A stretch of DNA of 64,000 nt. Origin: Eledone cirrhosa. Lineage: Eukaryota. Positions within the stretch are counted from its first letter, which is position 1. Every line of letters begins with the position of its first letter. Positions 26,305 to 40,335 of this stretch are shown piece by piece. A model generated the notes under the pieces. It was given only the letters and a program-made list of their open reading frames with translations, was not told where the DNA came from and did not search any database. The stretch lies in assembly GCA_964016885.1 (NCBI GenBank), contig OZ024741.1:276520001-276584000 (forward strand), read 5' to 3'. The position numbers were made by a program, and so were the translations under genes.

Positions 26305-26950
26305 GTGGTGGATTGGCAGTATCGGTAGAGGGTCGGACGCCATGCTTTGACGCATAGAGTTACGGCCCTTGCCATTCTGAGTTCAAATCCCGCCGAGGTT
26401 AACTTTGCCTTTCATCCTTACAGGGTCGATAAAATAAAGTACCAGTAATACACTGGATAATTGCTGGCCTTGTGCTAAAAAGTAGAAACAGTTATTATTA
26501 CATTTCTTTAATACTCAAAGCATCAGAAGTTTCATCATCATCATCATCATCATCATCACGGGGTCGATAAAATAAAGCACCAGTAATATTGATTTGAGCC
26601 CCCCCCCCCCCCCCCCCCCAAAAAAAAATGGCTTTCATCCTTACAAGGGTCAATAAAATAAAGTACCAGTAATGCACTGGGGAAATTGCTGGCCTTGTGC
26701 CATAAGCAGAAACAATTATTTCAGCACAAAAGGATGGTGGATTGGCACTATTGGTAGAGTGTCAGGCAACATGTTACGTGGCACTGAGTTACGGCCCTTT
26801 ATATTCTGAGTGCAAATCCTGCCGAGGTTAGCTTTGTCTTTTATCCTTATGGGGTCAATAAAATAAAGTACCAGTAACGCACTGGGGTCAATTTAATCGA
26901 CTTTCTCTTCCCCTTCAAATTGCTGGTCTTGTGTCAAATGTAGAAACCAT
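26305..26950 (+). mobile_element. SINE family B cluster; intact copy at 26305-26500
   Basis: A-box-like tggcagtatcgg, B-box-like gagttcaaatcc, central gcctttcatccttacagggtcgataaaataaagtaccag, and a (tta)n tail. Confidence 0.9.
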
Positions 26951-27054
26951 TCTTATTAGTAGTAGTAATTAGAACAGCATTGATATATTATATTAGAATT
27001 GTTATTTATTATATTTTTGTTATGTTCTATTGTATGCAAAGGAGAGGTAATTAA

Positions 27055-27239
27055 CCCTTCAGAATTTTCTCATCTCTTTCTGTTCAAACCAGCTGTAATT
27101 GGCCACTCATACTGATGTTAAGGTATTGTTCTCAAAATATATAGTATCAAAATCTCGTAGATTCAATATTATGTGATGTGGCAAAGCCTTTACCACAAAA
27201 ATACAATAGTAAATATAGAGTAATGTAAATGCTAAAGGG
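27055..27239. mobile_element. piggyBac-type MITE (left end internally deleted)
   Basis: ttaa|ccctt ... taaatgctaaaggg|ttaa. Confidence 0.85.
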
Positions 27240-27929
27240 TTAAAAAGAAGATATATAGATATATAAAAGGAAAAAGAGGAGTGGGGGGGAGGGGGTTAGA
27301 AGAGTTGGGGTGTGGGCAAACTCTTCACCCATGGCTATCCTCAACTACCCTACTGATGAGATGGTGGAAATATTGCCTCAGAAAACAACCAACATTAACC
27401 AATAACGATAACTGCTGCAGCAGCCATTCCACCTCATAGTGTTCCTTCCTCAGGTGTGGTAACCCTCGTTCCTTCCTCAGGTAGATTCGACATCATGTGA
27501 GATAAAGCCTTTACCATGAAAATACAATAGTAAATATAGAGTAATATAGATGCTAAAGCGTTAAGATGGCGGGCTAAGGAGAGGGAGAGGAGCTTTTATG
27601 TGGCACATTCTGAATACTGAGTAAATATGATACCTTGAATGTCGTGGAATGCTGCTAAATGCCCTGGAAACTGCCTACACGTTTCACCGTTTTTCAGCCA
27701 TATTGATATATCTGTTGTCTATCAGTGGCTTTTGATTATTGTTATTATTATTATTGATAATATTACTTTTCCTGGGAGATGTTACTTTCTAAATTGACAG
27801 CATTTTTTTTTTATGTTCAGGCAATGAAGATATAATATAATTCTTCAATACAAAGAGTTAGTATCAATTCTGCCCCCCCCCCCCCCCAAAAAAAACACAA
27901 ACAACCAAATTAAGTAATAACCTGTGGTT

Positions 27930-28530
27930 CTTCATCATCCTAGTCATAAAACTTGCCATTCATGTAGTGTTGTCATCTTAATCACCATTGTCATCGTTGT
28001 TGTTGCAGTCATTGTTATCAGCATCATCAGCATCATCAGCATCATAGCTATCATCATGATAAACATCATCTCCACTTTCTTATTGCCACTATCATCATCA
28101 TCATTGTCATGATGATGATGATGATGATGAACATCGTTGTTGTTGTAGTTATCATCATCATTGTAGTTAACGACATTGTGATCATCATCAATCATCATCA
28201 TACCTGTCATCAGCCAGATCACCAACACCACTATTGCTGCCATCATTATATTGTCATAGTCACCACCACCAACACCACTACCCCCACCACCACCACTACC
28301 CCCATCACCACCACTACCCCCAACACCACCACCACTACCATAAGCAGCAGCAGCACCATTATCGGCAATATTGCTGCCATCATCATATTGTCATAGTCAC
28401 CACCACCACTACCCCCACCACCACCACTACCCCCACCATCGGCAACAGCACCACCATTATCGGCAATATTACTCCCATCATTATATTGTCACCACCACCA
28501 CCACCACCACCACCACCATCACCAACATCA
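27930..28530 (+). repeat. (CAT)n/(CAC)n low-complexity tract
   Basis: Degenerate trinucleotide runs with a short internal duplication. Confidence 0.85.
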
Positions 28531-29559
28531 ATCCCACTGATAGTTCCTATTAGATTTATAATTATGTTGTGGCTGTGACTGTTATGTAATTCTAACCTAA
28601 TCCCTTCTTTTATGATGGTTTTGTTTGTGCTTTTATGACCAATTTATTGCCTTTAGCTTAACTCTCTTCCAAATGCTCTACAAGTCTCAGGAACCTTGTG
28701 TTTTGACATTTTATTTACGGCAATGCTGGGGCACTGCCTTGATTTAGTCCATCATATCGACCCCAGTACTTATTTATTTCAAGTTTAGTACTTCTTTTCT
28801 TAATTTCTTTTTGTTAAACCATTAAGTTATGGCACATAAACACACACATATATAGCCAAATGTGTGTGAGTGTGTGTGTATATATATATATTTATATATA
28901 TGAGCTGGATCTGGTCACCTGACCAGTCAGACTTCAGCATATGACAGCCATCTAACCCATGCAAGCATGGGAAATAAACATTAAACAGTGATGATATATC
29001 CTCATCATATATATATATGTTAGGAAGGGCATCCAGCCATAGAAACCTGCCAGATAGTCCTATACGAGCAAGACACGGTCACCCGATCAAACTTGCCTCA
29101 AGTGCGACAATTCCTGTCTAACCCATGCTAGCATGGAAGATAGACGTTAAACGATGATGATGATAATCAATATGAGGCAGACTATTGTTACAGCATTGAG
29201 TGCTTAGAACAGCAAACTACCTGCAATTATAGTTACACGCACAGCCATGTACACACACACGTGTGTGTGAATGTGTGTTCATATCTATGTTTACATTTGT
29301 GTCTGTGTCTTGTATCTTAATAGATTGGAAAATGGCCACCCATGGAATGTCTCCCAAACATTTCTTCAATTCTTTCTTTTCTGTGTCAGGCTTCACAATA
29401 TTCTACCCCCCCCCCCCCCTATAATTACTGGGATTATTCCTAAATCTATATTCCTCTCTATCACAGTTTCAATATTCAGGAGTCCATTATCAAGATGTTC
29501 TTATCATTTGGACAAGTCAGTGTACACTTGGACAAATTAGTGTACACTATCTGTTTCTT

Positions 29560-30935
29560 GTTCTTGTTTGCCAGCTCTTTATGTTCTGAGTTCAAATCCT
29601 GTTGAGGTCAACTTTTCATTTCATCCTTCCAGGGGTTGATAAAATAAAGTAACATTAAAGTACAAAGGTTGATATAATTGACTTTCCTCTCCCCACAAAT
29701 TGCTGGTCATGTACCTAAATTAAAAATCATTATTGGTGACAAGAGGGTAAATGATTTGCAAAATTTGTTCTAGGTCTTTGGTCTGAGTTCAAATCCTACC
29801 ATGGACAACTTTACTCTTCATCCTTCCAAGGGTTGATAAAATAAAGTACCAGTCAAATATTGAGGTCGATTTAATGAACTTTCTCCTCCCTTAAAATATG
29901 GTTGGCCTTGTGACCAACTGGGTAATTGCTGGTATTGTGCCAAAAGTAGAAACAATTATTATTTTTAATAGGGCGGTGGATTGGCAGTATCGGTAGAGGG
30001 TCGGATGCCATGCTTTTCAGCATAGAGTTACGGCCCTTTATGATCTGAGTTCAAATCCTGCCATGGTTAACTTTGCCTTTCATCCTTACAGGGTCGATAA
30101 AACAAAGTACCAGTAATGCACTGGGATAATTGCTGGCCTTGTGCCAAAAATAGAAACAATTATTATTTTTAATAGTCATACTCATGGGGCCGATAAAAGA
30201 AAGTACCAGTAACATACTGAGGTTGATTTAGTTGACTTCCACTCCCCCAAAATTGTTAGCCTTGTGCTTAAATCAGAAACCATTATTATTTTTAGTTGTA
30301 GATATCAATGTATTGGCAAAGTTAGAGCACTGGACAAATGCTTGGCACTATTTGTTTTGACTCTTTACATTCTGGGTTCAACTCCTGCCTAGGTTAGCTT
30401 TGCCTTTCATCTTTCCAGTGTCTATAAAATAAAGTCAAGTACTGGGATTGATTTAATTGACCCCCCCCCCACCAAAAAAAAAAATTGTTGGCCTTGTGCC
30501 TAAATTAGAAACCATTATATTATTAATTGTAGAGGTCAGTTGGATTGGCCGTGTTGTGAGAGCATTGGACAAATATTTAGCAGAATTTGTTCTGGCTATT
30601 TACATTCTGAGTTCAAATCCCGCTGAGATTAACTTTGCCTTTTATCTTTCTGTTGTTGATAAATAAAGTACCAGTCAAGTATTGGGGTTGATATAAAGTA
30701 CCAGTGAAGTACTAGGGTTGATTTAACAGGAATTATCACTCACTCCCTCCAAAATTGTTAGCCCTGTGACTAAATTAAAAATCATTATTGATAGCATAGT
30801 TACGTCCCTTTACGGTCTGAGTTCAAATCCCGCCGAGGTTAACTTTGCCTTTCATCCTTACGGGGTCGATAAAATAAAGTACCAGTAATGCACTGGGTAA
30901 TTGCTGGCCTTGTGCCTAAAGTAGAAACAATTATT
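29560..30935 (+). mobile_element. Chain of about 7 full and partial SINE family B copies
   Basis: Repeated gagttcaaatcc...gcctttcatcc...gataaaataaagtaccag...ggccttgtgcc modules separated by att repeats. Confidence 0.9.
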
Positions 30936-31644
30936 GATAGTTTCTGTTTTAGGCAAAAGGCCAACAATTTTGTTGGGAGAGGAAAGTTTATCAAATCAAC
31001 TCCAATGCATTGATGGTGCTTTAAAAATTATTATTGAATAGTAGTGTTATTATGCTTTCTAGTGTGTTGTGTGGAAGATAGGTGAGAATGGTGAGATTTA
31101 CATGGCTGAATAACTTTACTACGACTATGTTTTTCTAAGTAGGAGAAAAGAAACTGGAGAGCATGCACTTTCATTGCCAGTGATGTGATAGAGTAATCTG
31201 GGGCTTTGTGGGCGTGGAATTACCCTAAAGCACAGCCCCCCCCCCCACTCATTTGGAGAACTGATCTTAAGTGACATTTGATATTGTTCTGTATTGTTGT
31301 TGTTCTTCTTCACCCACTTATTCCTGTGGGGGTCGTGGAGGAAGAGTCCTCAAACACTCCTTCCAGCGAGTCTTGTCAGAAGCAACTGTCTCCAATTGAT
31401 CCAGCTGGATCCCCAAACTCATGTATGTTATCCAACCATCTTGCTCTGAGTCTCCAGCCAGTTGGTTTTGCTCATATCATGACTGTCACAATTATTGTTA
31501 TTGTTTTATCTACAGTTTTCCTTTTGTTGATGTCCCATCTCCTTTACGCCCCCAGCCTGTGTTCCTTATTGTCCTAGTATTGTCTCCAATGTCCTGGCCC
31601 CCTTGTGGCTAATATAAGAAATCATTATTATTATTACTATATTA

Positions 31645-32530
31645 AAGGGCGGTGGATTGGCAGTATCAGTAGAGGGTCGGATGCCATGCTTTGCAGCAAA
31701 GAGTTACGGCCCTTTATGATCTGAGTTCAAATCCCACCGAGGTTAACTTTGCCTTTCATCCTTACAGGGTCGATAAAATAAAGTACCAGTAATACACTGG
31801 GATAATTGTTGACCTTGTGCCAAAAGTAGAAACAATTATTTATAAGGGCAGTAGATTGGCAGTATCGGTAGAGGGTCAGACACCATGCTTTGCAGCATGG
31901 AGTTACGTCCCTGTACGGGCTGAGTTTAAATCCTGTCGAGGTTAACTTTGCCTTACGGGGTCGATAAAATAAAGTACCAGTAATGTACTGATATAATTGC
32001 TGGCCTTTTGCCAAAAGTAGAAACAATTACTATTATTACTCGGACCATGTGCATGTAGGCTGGTTAATTTGAGGAGGAGAGTGGTGCCCTCCCTGGGTGC
32101 CCTAGAAGCATTGGGTGGTTGAGGATTGGTGGGGTACCTGAGTCGCCCCTGAGTGGTTCATCCCCTCCCCACCCATTAAGGAGAATTTATTTTATTTTTT
32201 ATATATATTTTATTTTTATATTTTTTTCATTGTTAAATTGGTTTTGTTATTGTGCATTGTTACTCAATCTTATTGTAAACCCCTACTGTCCTTGTCTTTG
32301 TATTGTCCCCTACATGTCGGCCCTTGTGGCCAATAAATGAAAGGTGGATTGGCAGTGTGTAGGTAGAGGGTCGGATGCCATGCTTTCCAGCACAGTTACG
32401 TCCCTTTACGATCTGAGTTCAAATCCCGCCAAGGTTAACTTTGCCTTTCATCCTTACGGGGTCGATAAAATAAAGTACCAGTAATGTACTGGGTATTTGC
32501 TGGCCTTGTGCCAAAAGTAGAAACAATTAT
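31645..32530 (+). mobile_element. Three SINE family B copies flanking an unrelated retro-element-like 3' end (32040-32340)
   Basis: SINE copies at about 31645, 31845 and 32342. The insert ends cggcccttgtggccaataaatga. Confidence 0.8.
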
Positions 32531-33035
32531 TATTATTATCATTATTTATCTTCTGTCCTAATGACGTTTTAACCTAGGCAATGCTTTAGGTTACTTTGCT
32601 GCTGTTAGTTCCCTCTCATTATATAGAAACTTATATACACGCACATACAACGCCCCACCCCCACACACACACATACATACATACATATACATACACATAT
32701 ATTTCTAAGAAGCTATTTCATTCCATTATTGTTGGTGTTATCTTTATTAGCATCATTATTATTATTATTAGCATCATTATTATTATTATTACTACTAGTA
32801 GTAGTCGTAGTATTATTGTTAATACTATTTTCTGTGAACTGATGTGTGGTTGAGCGATTTCTTGCTGCCTGCCCCCCCTCGTCTACACAACCACCTCTCA
32901 GAATCTCACCATTATCTAACGACAACAACAACAACATAACCTACCTGCCACAACACTAACCACCTACCTACCTACCTGACCAATCAACCAATGAAAATTG
33001 ATTTTTTTTTTTTACCACCTTCTTCCTTTCTTCCT

Positions 33036-33076
<41 letters not shown>

Positions 33077-33409
33077 CCTACCTACCTCTTTCGATTATCC
33101 TCCCTCCTCCCCATTTCGGAAAAATTGCCAATTAAGTGATTTGTTAAGGATATCTTCCTTTCATGTCTGAAAAGCTGGAAAGTATGGCCGATTGTTGAGT
33201 AATACCACACAGCCATCACCTCTACCCTCACCACCACTTGGCTACTAACACCTCCTTCTCCTCCCACCCCTTCCTCTTCCCAGTCTCCGACAACACTGCT
33301 ACGCCATTGCTAATATCTACCACTACATATAACCACTCACTACACACAATGCCATGTAACCTACCGTATTATTAACACCCCTATTGTCGCCACTACCACT
33401 GCCACCACC

Positions 33410-34410
33410 AGTGCCCCCATCACTAATATCACCCACCAGTACTACTGTAACCTCCACCACTACAACTGCATCACCACTACCATCACTAATATCACCCACC
33501 AGTACTACTATAACGACCACCACCACAGCTACCATCACCAATATCACCCACCAGTACTACTATAACCACCACCACCACCATCACAAATATCACCCACCAG
33601 TACTACTATAACCACCACCACCACTACCATCACAAATATCACACACCAATACTACTATAACCACCACCACTACCATCACCAATATCACCCACCAGTACTA
33701 CTATAACCACCACCACTACCATCACCAATATCACCCACCAGTACTACTATAACCACCACCACCACTACCATCACCAATATCACCCTCCAGAACTACTATA
33801 ACCACCACCGCCACCATCACAAATATCACCGACCAGTACTACTATAACCACCACCACCACCACTACCATCACTAATATCACCCTCCAGAACTACTATAAC
33901 CACCACCACCGCCACCATCACAAATATCACCCACCAATACTACTATAACCACCACCACTACCATCACCAATATCACCCACCAGTACTACTATAACCACCA
34001 CCACTACCATCACCAATATCACCCACCAGTACTACTATAACCACCACCACTACCATCACCAATATCACCCACCAGTACTACTATAACCACCACCACTACC
34101 ATCACCAATATCACCCACCAGTACTACTATAACCACCACCACTACCATCACCAATATCACCCACCAGTACTACTATAACCACCACCACTACCATCACCAA
34201 TATCACCCACCAGTACTACTATAACCACCACCACTACCATCACCAATATCACCCACCAGTACTACTATAACCACCATCACCAATATCACCCACCAGTACT
34301 ACTATAACCACCACCACCACCACCATCACTAACATCACCCACCAGTACTACTATAACCACCACCACCACCATCACTAACATCACCCACCAGTACTTCTAT
34401 AACCACCACC
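33410..34410 (+). repeat. Minisatellite sub-array 1 (~46 bp, about 20 copies)
   Basis: Unit atcaccaatatcacccaccagtactactataaccaccaccactacc. Confidence 0.95.
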
Positions 34411-34429
34411 GTCACTGGATCACCACCAC

Positions 34430-37400
34430 TGCACCACTACCATCACTAACGTCACCCACAACTACTTCTATAGCTACCACCACGACCACCACGACCATCA
34501 CTAACGTCACCCACAGGTACTTCTATAGCCACCACCACCACCACCACTACCGTCACTAACGTCACCCACAGGTACTTCTATAGCCGCCACCACCACCACC
34601 ACCACCACCACCACTACCATCACTAACGTCACCCACAGGTACTTCTATAGCCACCACCACCACCACCACCACTACCGTCACTAACGTCACCCACAACTAC
34701 TTCTATAGCTACCACCACCACCACCACTACCAGCACAAACGTCACCCACAACTACTTCTATAGCTACCACCACCACCACCACTACCATCACTAACGTCAC
34801 TAACGTCACCCACAGGTACTTCTATAGCCACCACCACCACTACCGTCACTAACGTCACCCACAGGTACTTCTATAGCCACCACCACCACCACCACTACCG
34901 TCACTAACGTCACCCACAGGTACTTCTATAGCCACCACCACCACCACCACTACCATCACTAACGTCACCCACAGGTACTTCTATAGCCACCACCACCACC
35001 ACCACTACCATCACTAACGTCACCCACAGGTACTTCTATAGCCACCACCACCACCACCACTACCGTCACTAACGTCACCCACAGGTACTTCTATAGCCAC
35101 CACCACCACTACCATCACTAACGTCACCCACAAGTACTTCTATAGCCACCACCACCACCACCACTACCATCACTAACGTCACCCACAAGTACTTCTATAG
35201 CCACCACCACCACCACCACTACCGTCACTAACGTCACCCACAACTACTTCTATAGACACCACCACCACCACCACCACTACCATCACTAACGTCACCCACA
35301 GGTACTTCTATAGCCACCACCACCACTACCATCACTAACGTCACCCACAAGTACTTCTATAGCCACCACCACCACCACCACCACTACCATCACTAACGTC
35401 ACCCACAACTACTTCTATAGCCACCACCACCACCACCACTACCATCACTAACGTCACCCACAGGTACTTCTATAGCCACCACCACCACTACCATCACTAA
35501 CGTCACCCACAAGTACTTCTATAGCCACCACCACCACCACCACCACTAACGTCACCCACAACTACTTCTATAGCCACCACCACCACCACCACTACCGTCA
35601 CTTACGTCACCCACAACTACTTCTATAGACACCACCACCACCACTACCACCACTACCGTCACTAACGTCACCCACAGGTACTTCTATAGCCACCACCACC
35701 ACTACCATCACTAACGTCACCCACAGGTACTTCTATAGCCACCACCACCACTACCATCACTAACGTCACCCACAAGTACTTCTATAGCCACCACCACCAC
35801 CACCACTACCGTCACTAACGTCACCCACAGGTACTTCTATAGCCACCACCACCACTACCATCACTAACGTCACCCACAACTACTTCTATAGACACCACCA
35901 CCACCACTACCACCACTACCGTCACTAACGTCACCCACAGGTACTTCTATAGCCACCACCACCACTACCATCACTAACGTCACCCACAGGTACTTCTATA
36001 GCCACCACCACCACTACCATCACTAACGTCACCCACAAGTACTTCTATAGCCACCACCACCACTACCATCACTAACGTCACCCACAAGTACTTCTATAGC
36101 CACCACCACCACCACCACCACCACTACCGTCACTAACGTCACCCACAACTACTTCTATAGCCACCACCACCACCACCACTACCATCACTAACGTCACCCA
36201 CAAGTACTTCTATAGCCACCACCACCACCACCACCACCACTACCGTCACTAACGTCACCCACAACTACTTCTATAGCCACCACCACCACCACCACTACCA
36301 TCACTAACGTCACCCACAAGTACTTCTATAGCCACCACCACCACCACCACCACTACCATCACTAACGTCACCCACAACTACTTCTATAGCCACCACCACC
36401 ACCACCACTACCATCACTAACGTCACCCACAACTACTTCTATAGCCACCACCACTACCACTACCACCACTACCGTCACTAACGTCACCCACAGGTACTTC
36501 TATAGCCACCACCACCACCACCGTCACTAACGTCACCCACAAGTACTTCTATAGACACCACCACCACCACCACCACTACCGTCACTAACGTCACCCACAA
36601 CTACTTCTATAGCCACCACCACCACCACCACCACCACTACCGTCACTAACGTCACCCACAACTACTTCTATAGCCACCACCACCACCACCACTACCGTCA
36701 CTAACGTCACCCACAACTACTTCTATAGCCACCACCACCACCACCACCACCACTACCGTCACTAACGTCACCCACAACTACTTCTATAGCCACCACCACC
36801 ATCACCACCACCACTACCGTCACTAACGTCACCTACAACTACTTCTATAGCCACCACCACCACCACCACCACCACTACCGTCACTAACGTCACCCACAGG
36901 TACTTCTATAGCCACCACCACCACCATCACTAACGTCACCCACAAGTACTTCTATAGCCACCACCATCACTACCACCACTACCATCACTAACGTCACCCA
37001 CAAGTACTTCTATAGCCACCACCACCACCACCACCACCACTACCGTCACTAACGTCACCCACAAGTACTTCTATAGCCACCACCACCACCACCACCACTA
37101 CCATCACTAACGTCACCCACAAGTACTTCTATAGACACCACCACCACCACTACCATCACTAACGTCACCCACAGTACTTCTATAGCCACCACCACCACCA
37201 CTACCATCACTAACGTCACCCACAAGTACTTCTATAGACACCACCACCACCACTACCATCACTAACGTCACCCACAAGTACTTCTATAGCCACCACCACC
37301 ACCACTACCGTCACTAACGTCACCCACAACTACTTCTATAGCCACCACCACCACCACTACCATCACTAACGTCACCCACAACTACTTCTATAGCCACCAC

Positions 37401-40335
37401 CACCACCACCACCACCACTACCGTCACTAACGTCACCCACAAGTACTTCTATAGCCACCACCATCACTACCACCACTACCATCTCTAACGTCACCCACAA
37501 GTACTTCTATAGCCACCACCACCACCACCACCACCACTACCATCACTAACGTCACCCACAAGTACTTCTATAGACACCACCACCACCACTACCACCACTA
37601 CCGTCACTAACGTCACCCACAAGTATTTCTATAGCCACCACCACCACCACTACCATCACTAACGTCACCCACAAGTATTTCTATAGCCACCACCACCACC
37701 ACTACCATCACTAACGTCACCCACAAGTACTTCTATAGACACCACCACCACCACTACCATCACTAACGTCACCCACAAGTACTTCTATAGCCACCACCAC
37801 CACCACCACTACCATCACTAACGTCACACACAAGTACTTCTATAGCCACCACCACCACCACCACTACCGTCACTAACGTCACCCACAAGTACTTCTATAG
37901 CCACCACCACCACCACTACCATCACTAACGTCACCCACAAGTACTTCTATAGCCACCACCACCACCACCACCACTACCATCACTAACGTCACACACAAGT
38001 ACTTCTATAGCCACCACCACCACCACCACCACCACCACTACCATCACTAACGTCACCCACAGGTACTTCTATAGCCACCACCACCACCACCACCACCACC
38101 ACTAACGTCACTAACGTCACCCACAACTACTTCTATAGCCACCACCACCACCACCACTACCGTCACTAACGTCACCCACAGGTACTTCTATAGCCACCAC
38201 CACCACCACCACTAACGTCACTAACGTCACCCACAACTACTTCTATAGCCACCACCACCACCACCACTACCGTCACTAACGTCACCCACAGGTACTTCTA
38301 TAGCCACCACCACCACCACCACCACCACCACTAACGTCACTAACGTCACCCACAAGTACTTCTATAGCCACCACCACCACCACCACCACTACCATCACTA
38401 ACGTCACCCACAGGTACTTCTATAGCCACCACCACCACCACCACTACCGTCACTAACGTCACCCACAGGTACTTCTATAGCCACCACCACCACCACCACT
38501 ACCGTCACTAACGTCACCCACAACTACTTCTATAGCCACCACCACCACTACCATCACTAACGTCACCCACAGGTACTTCTATAGCCACCACCACCACCAC
38601 CACCACCACCACCACCACCACCACCACTACCGTCACTAACGTCACCCACAACTACTTCTATAGCCACCACCACCACCACCACTACCATCACTAACGTCAC
38701 CCACAACTACTTCTATAGCCACCACCACCACCACCACCACCACTACCGTCACTAACGTCACCCACAGGTACTTCTATAGCCACCACCACCACCACCACTA
38801 ACGTCACCCACAGGTACTTCTATAGCCACCACCACCACCACCACTACCGTCACTAACGTCACCCACAGGTACTTCTATAGCCACCACCACCACCACCACC
38901 ACCACTACCATCACTAACGTCACCCACAGGTACTTCTATAGCCACCACCACCACCACCACCACCACCACCACCACCACCACCACCACTACCGTCACTAAC
39001 GTCACCCACAACTACTTCTATAGCCACCACCACCACCACCACTACCATCACTAACGTCACCCACAACTACTTCTATAGCCACCACCACCACCACCACCAC
39101 CACTACCGTCACTAACGTCACCCACAGGTACTTCTATAGCCACCACCACCACCACCACTAACGTCACCCACAGGTACTTCTATAGCCACCACCACCACCA
39201 CCACTACCATCACTAACGTCACCCACAACTACTTCTATAGCCACCACCACCACCACCACCACCACTACCATCACTAACGTCACCCACAGGTACTTCTATA
39301 GCCACCACCACCACCACCACTACCGTCACTAACGTCACCCACAAGTACTTCTATAGCCACTACCACCACCACCACTACCATCACTAACGTCACCCACAAG
39401 TACTTCTATAGCCACCACCACCACCACCACTACCGTCACTAACGTCACCCACAAGTACTTCTATAGCCACCACCACCACCACCACCACTACCATCACTAA
39501 CGTCACCCACAAGTACTTCTATAGCCACCACCACTAACGTCACCCACAAGTACTTCTATAGACACCACCACCACCACCATCACTAACGTCACCCACAAGT
39601 ACTTCTATAGCCACCACCATCACTACCATCACTAACGTCACCCACAAGTACTTCTATAGCCACCACCACCATCACTACCATCACTTATGTCACCCACAAG
39701 TACTTCTATAGCCACCACCACCACTACCATCACTAACGTCACCCACAAGTACTTCTATAGCCACCACCACCACCACCACTACCATCACTAACGTCACCCA
39801 CAAGTACTTCTATAGCCACCACCACCACCACCACCACTACCATCACTAACGTCACCCACAAGTACTTCTATAGCCACCACCACCACCACCACCACCACTA
39901 CCATCACTAACGTCACCCACAAGTACTTCTATAGCCACCACCACCACCACTACCATCACTAACGTCACCCACAAGTACTTCTATAGCCACTACCATCACT
40001 AACGTCACCCACAAGTACTTCTATAGCCACCACCACCACCACCACCACTACCATCACTAACGTCACCCACAAGTACTTCTATAGCCACCACCACCACTAC
40101 CATCACTAACGTCACCCACAAGTACTTCTATAGCCACCACCACCACCACCACCACTACCATCACTAACGTCACCCACAAGTACTTCTATAGCCACCACCA
40201 CCACCACCACCACTACCATCACTAACGTCACCCACAAGTACTTCTATAGACACCACCACCACCACCACCACTACCATCACTAACGTCACCCACAAGTACT
40301 TCTATAGCCACCACCACCACTACCATCACTTATGT
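34430..40335 (+). repeat. Minisatellite sub-array 2 (~5.9 kb, roughly 110 copies): constant 32 bp core + variable (CCA)n
   Basis: Core [a/g]tcactaacgtcacccaca[ag/gg/ac]tacttctatag followed by (cca)n ctacc. Confidence 0.97.

Noticed and set aside
25130-26357. Six overlapping 314-385 aa ORFs
   Set aside because: Artefact of the stop-free (TA)n microsatellite (YIYI repeats).
27345-27380. Hammerhead motif ctgatgagatggtggaaatatt (also near 47990)
   Set aside because: No pairing stem II or stem I around the CTGATGA/GAAA words.
34430-40335. CRISPR array or mucin-like Thr/Pro/His-rich coding exon
   Set aside because: The 'spacers' are only (CCA)n. Unit length is 37+3n, so the frame shifts each unit and hits TAA/TAG; no long ORF exists.
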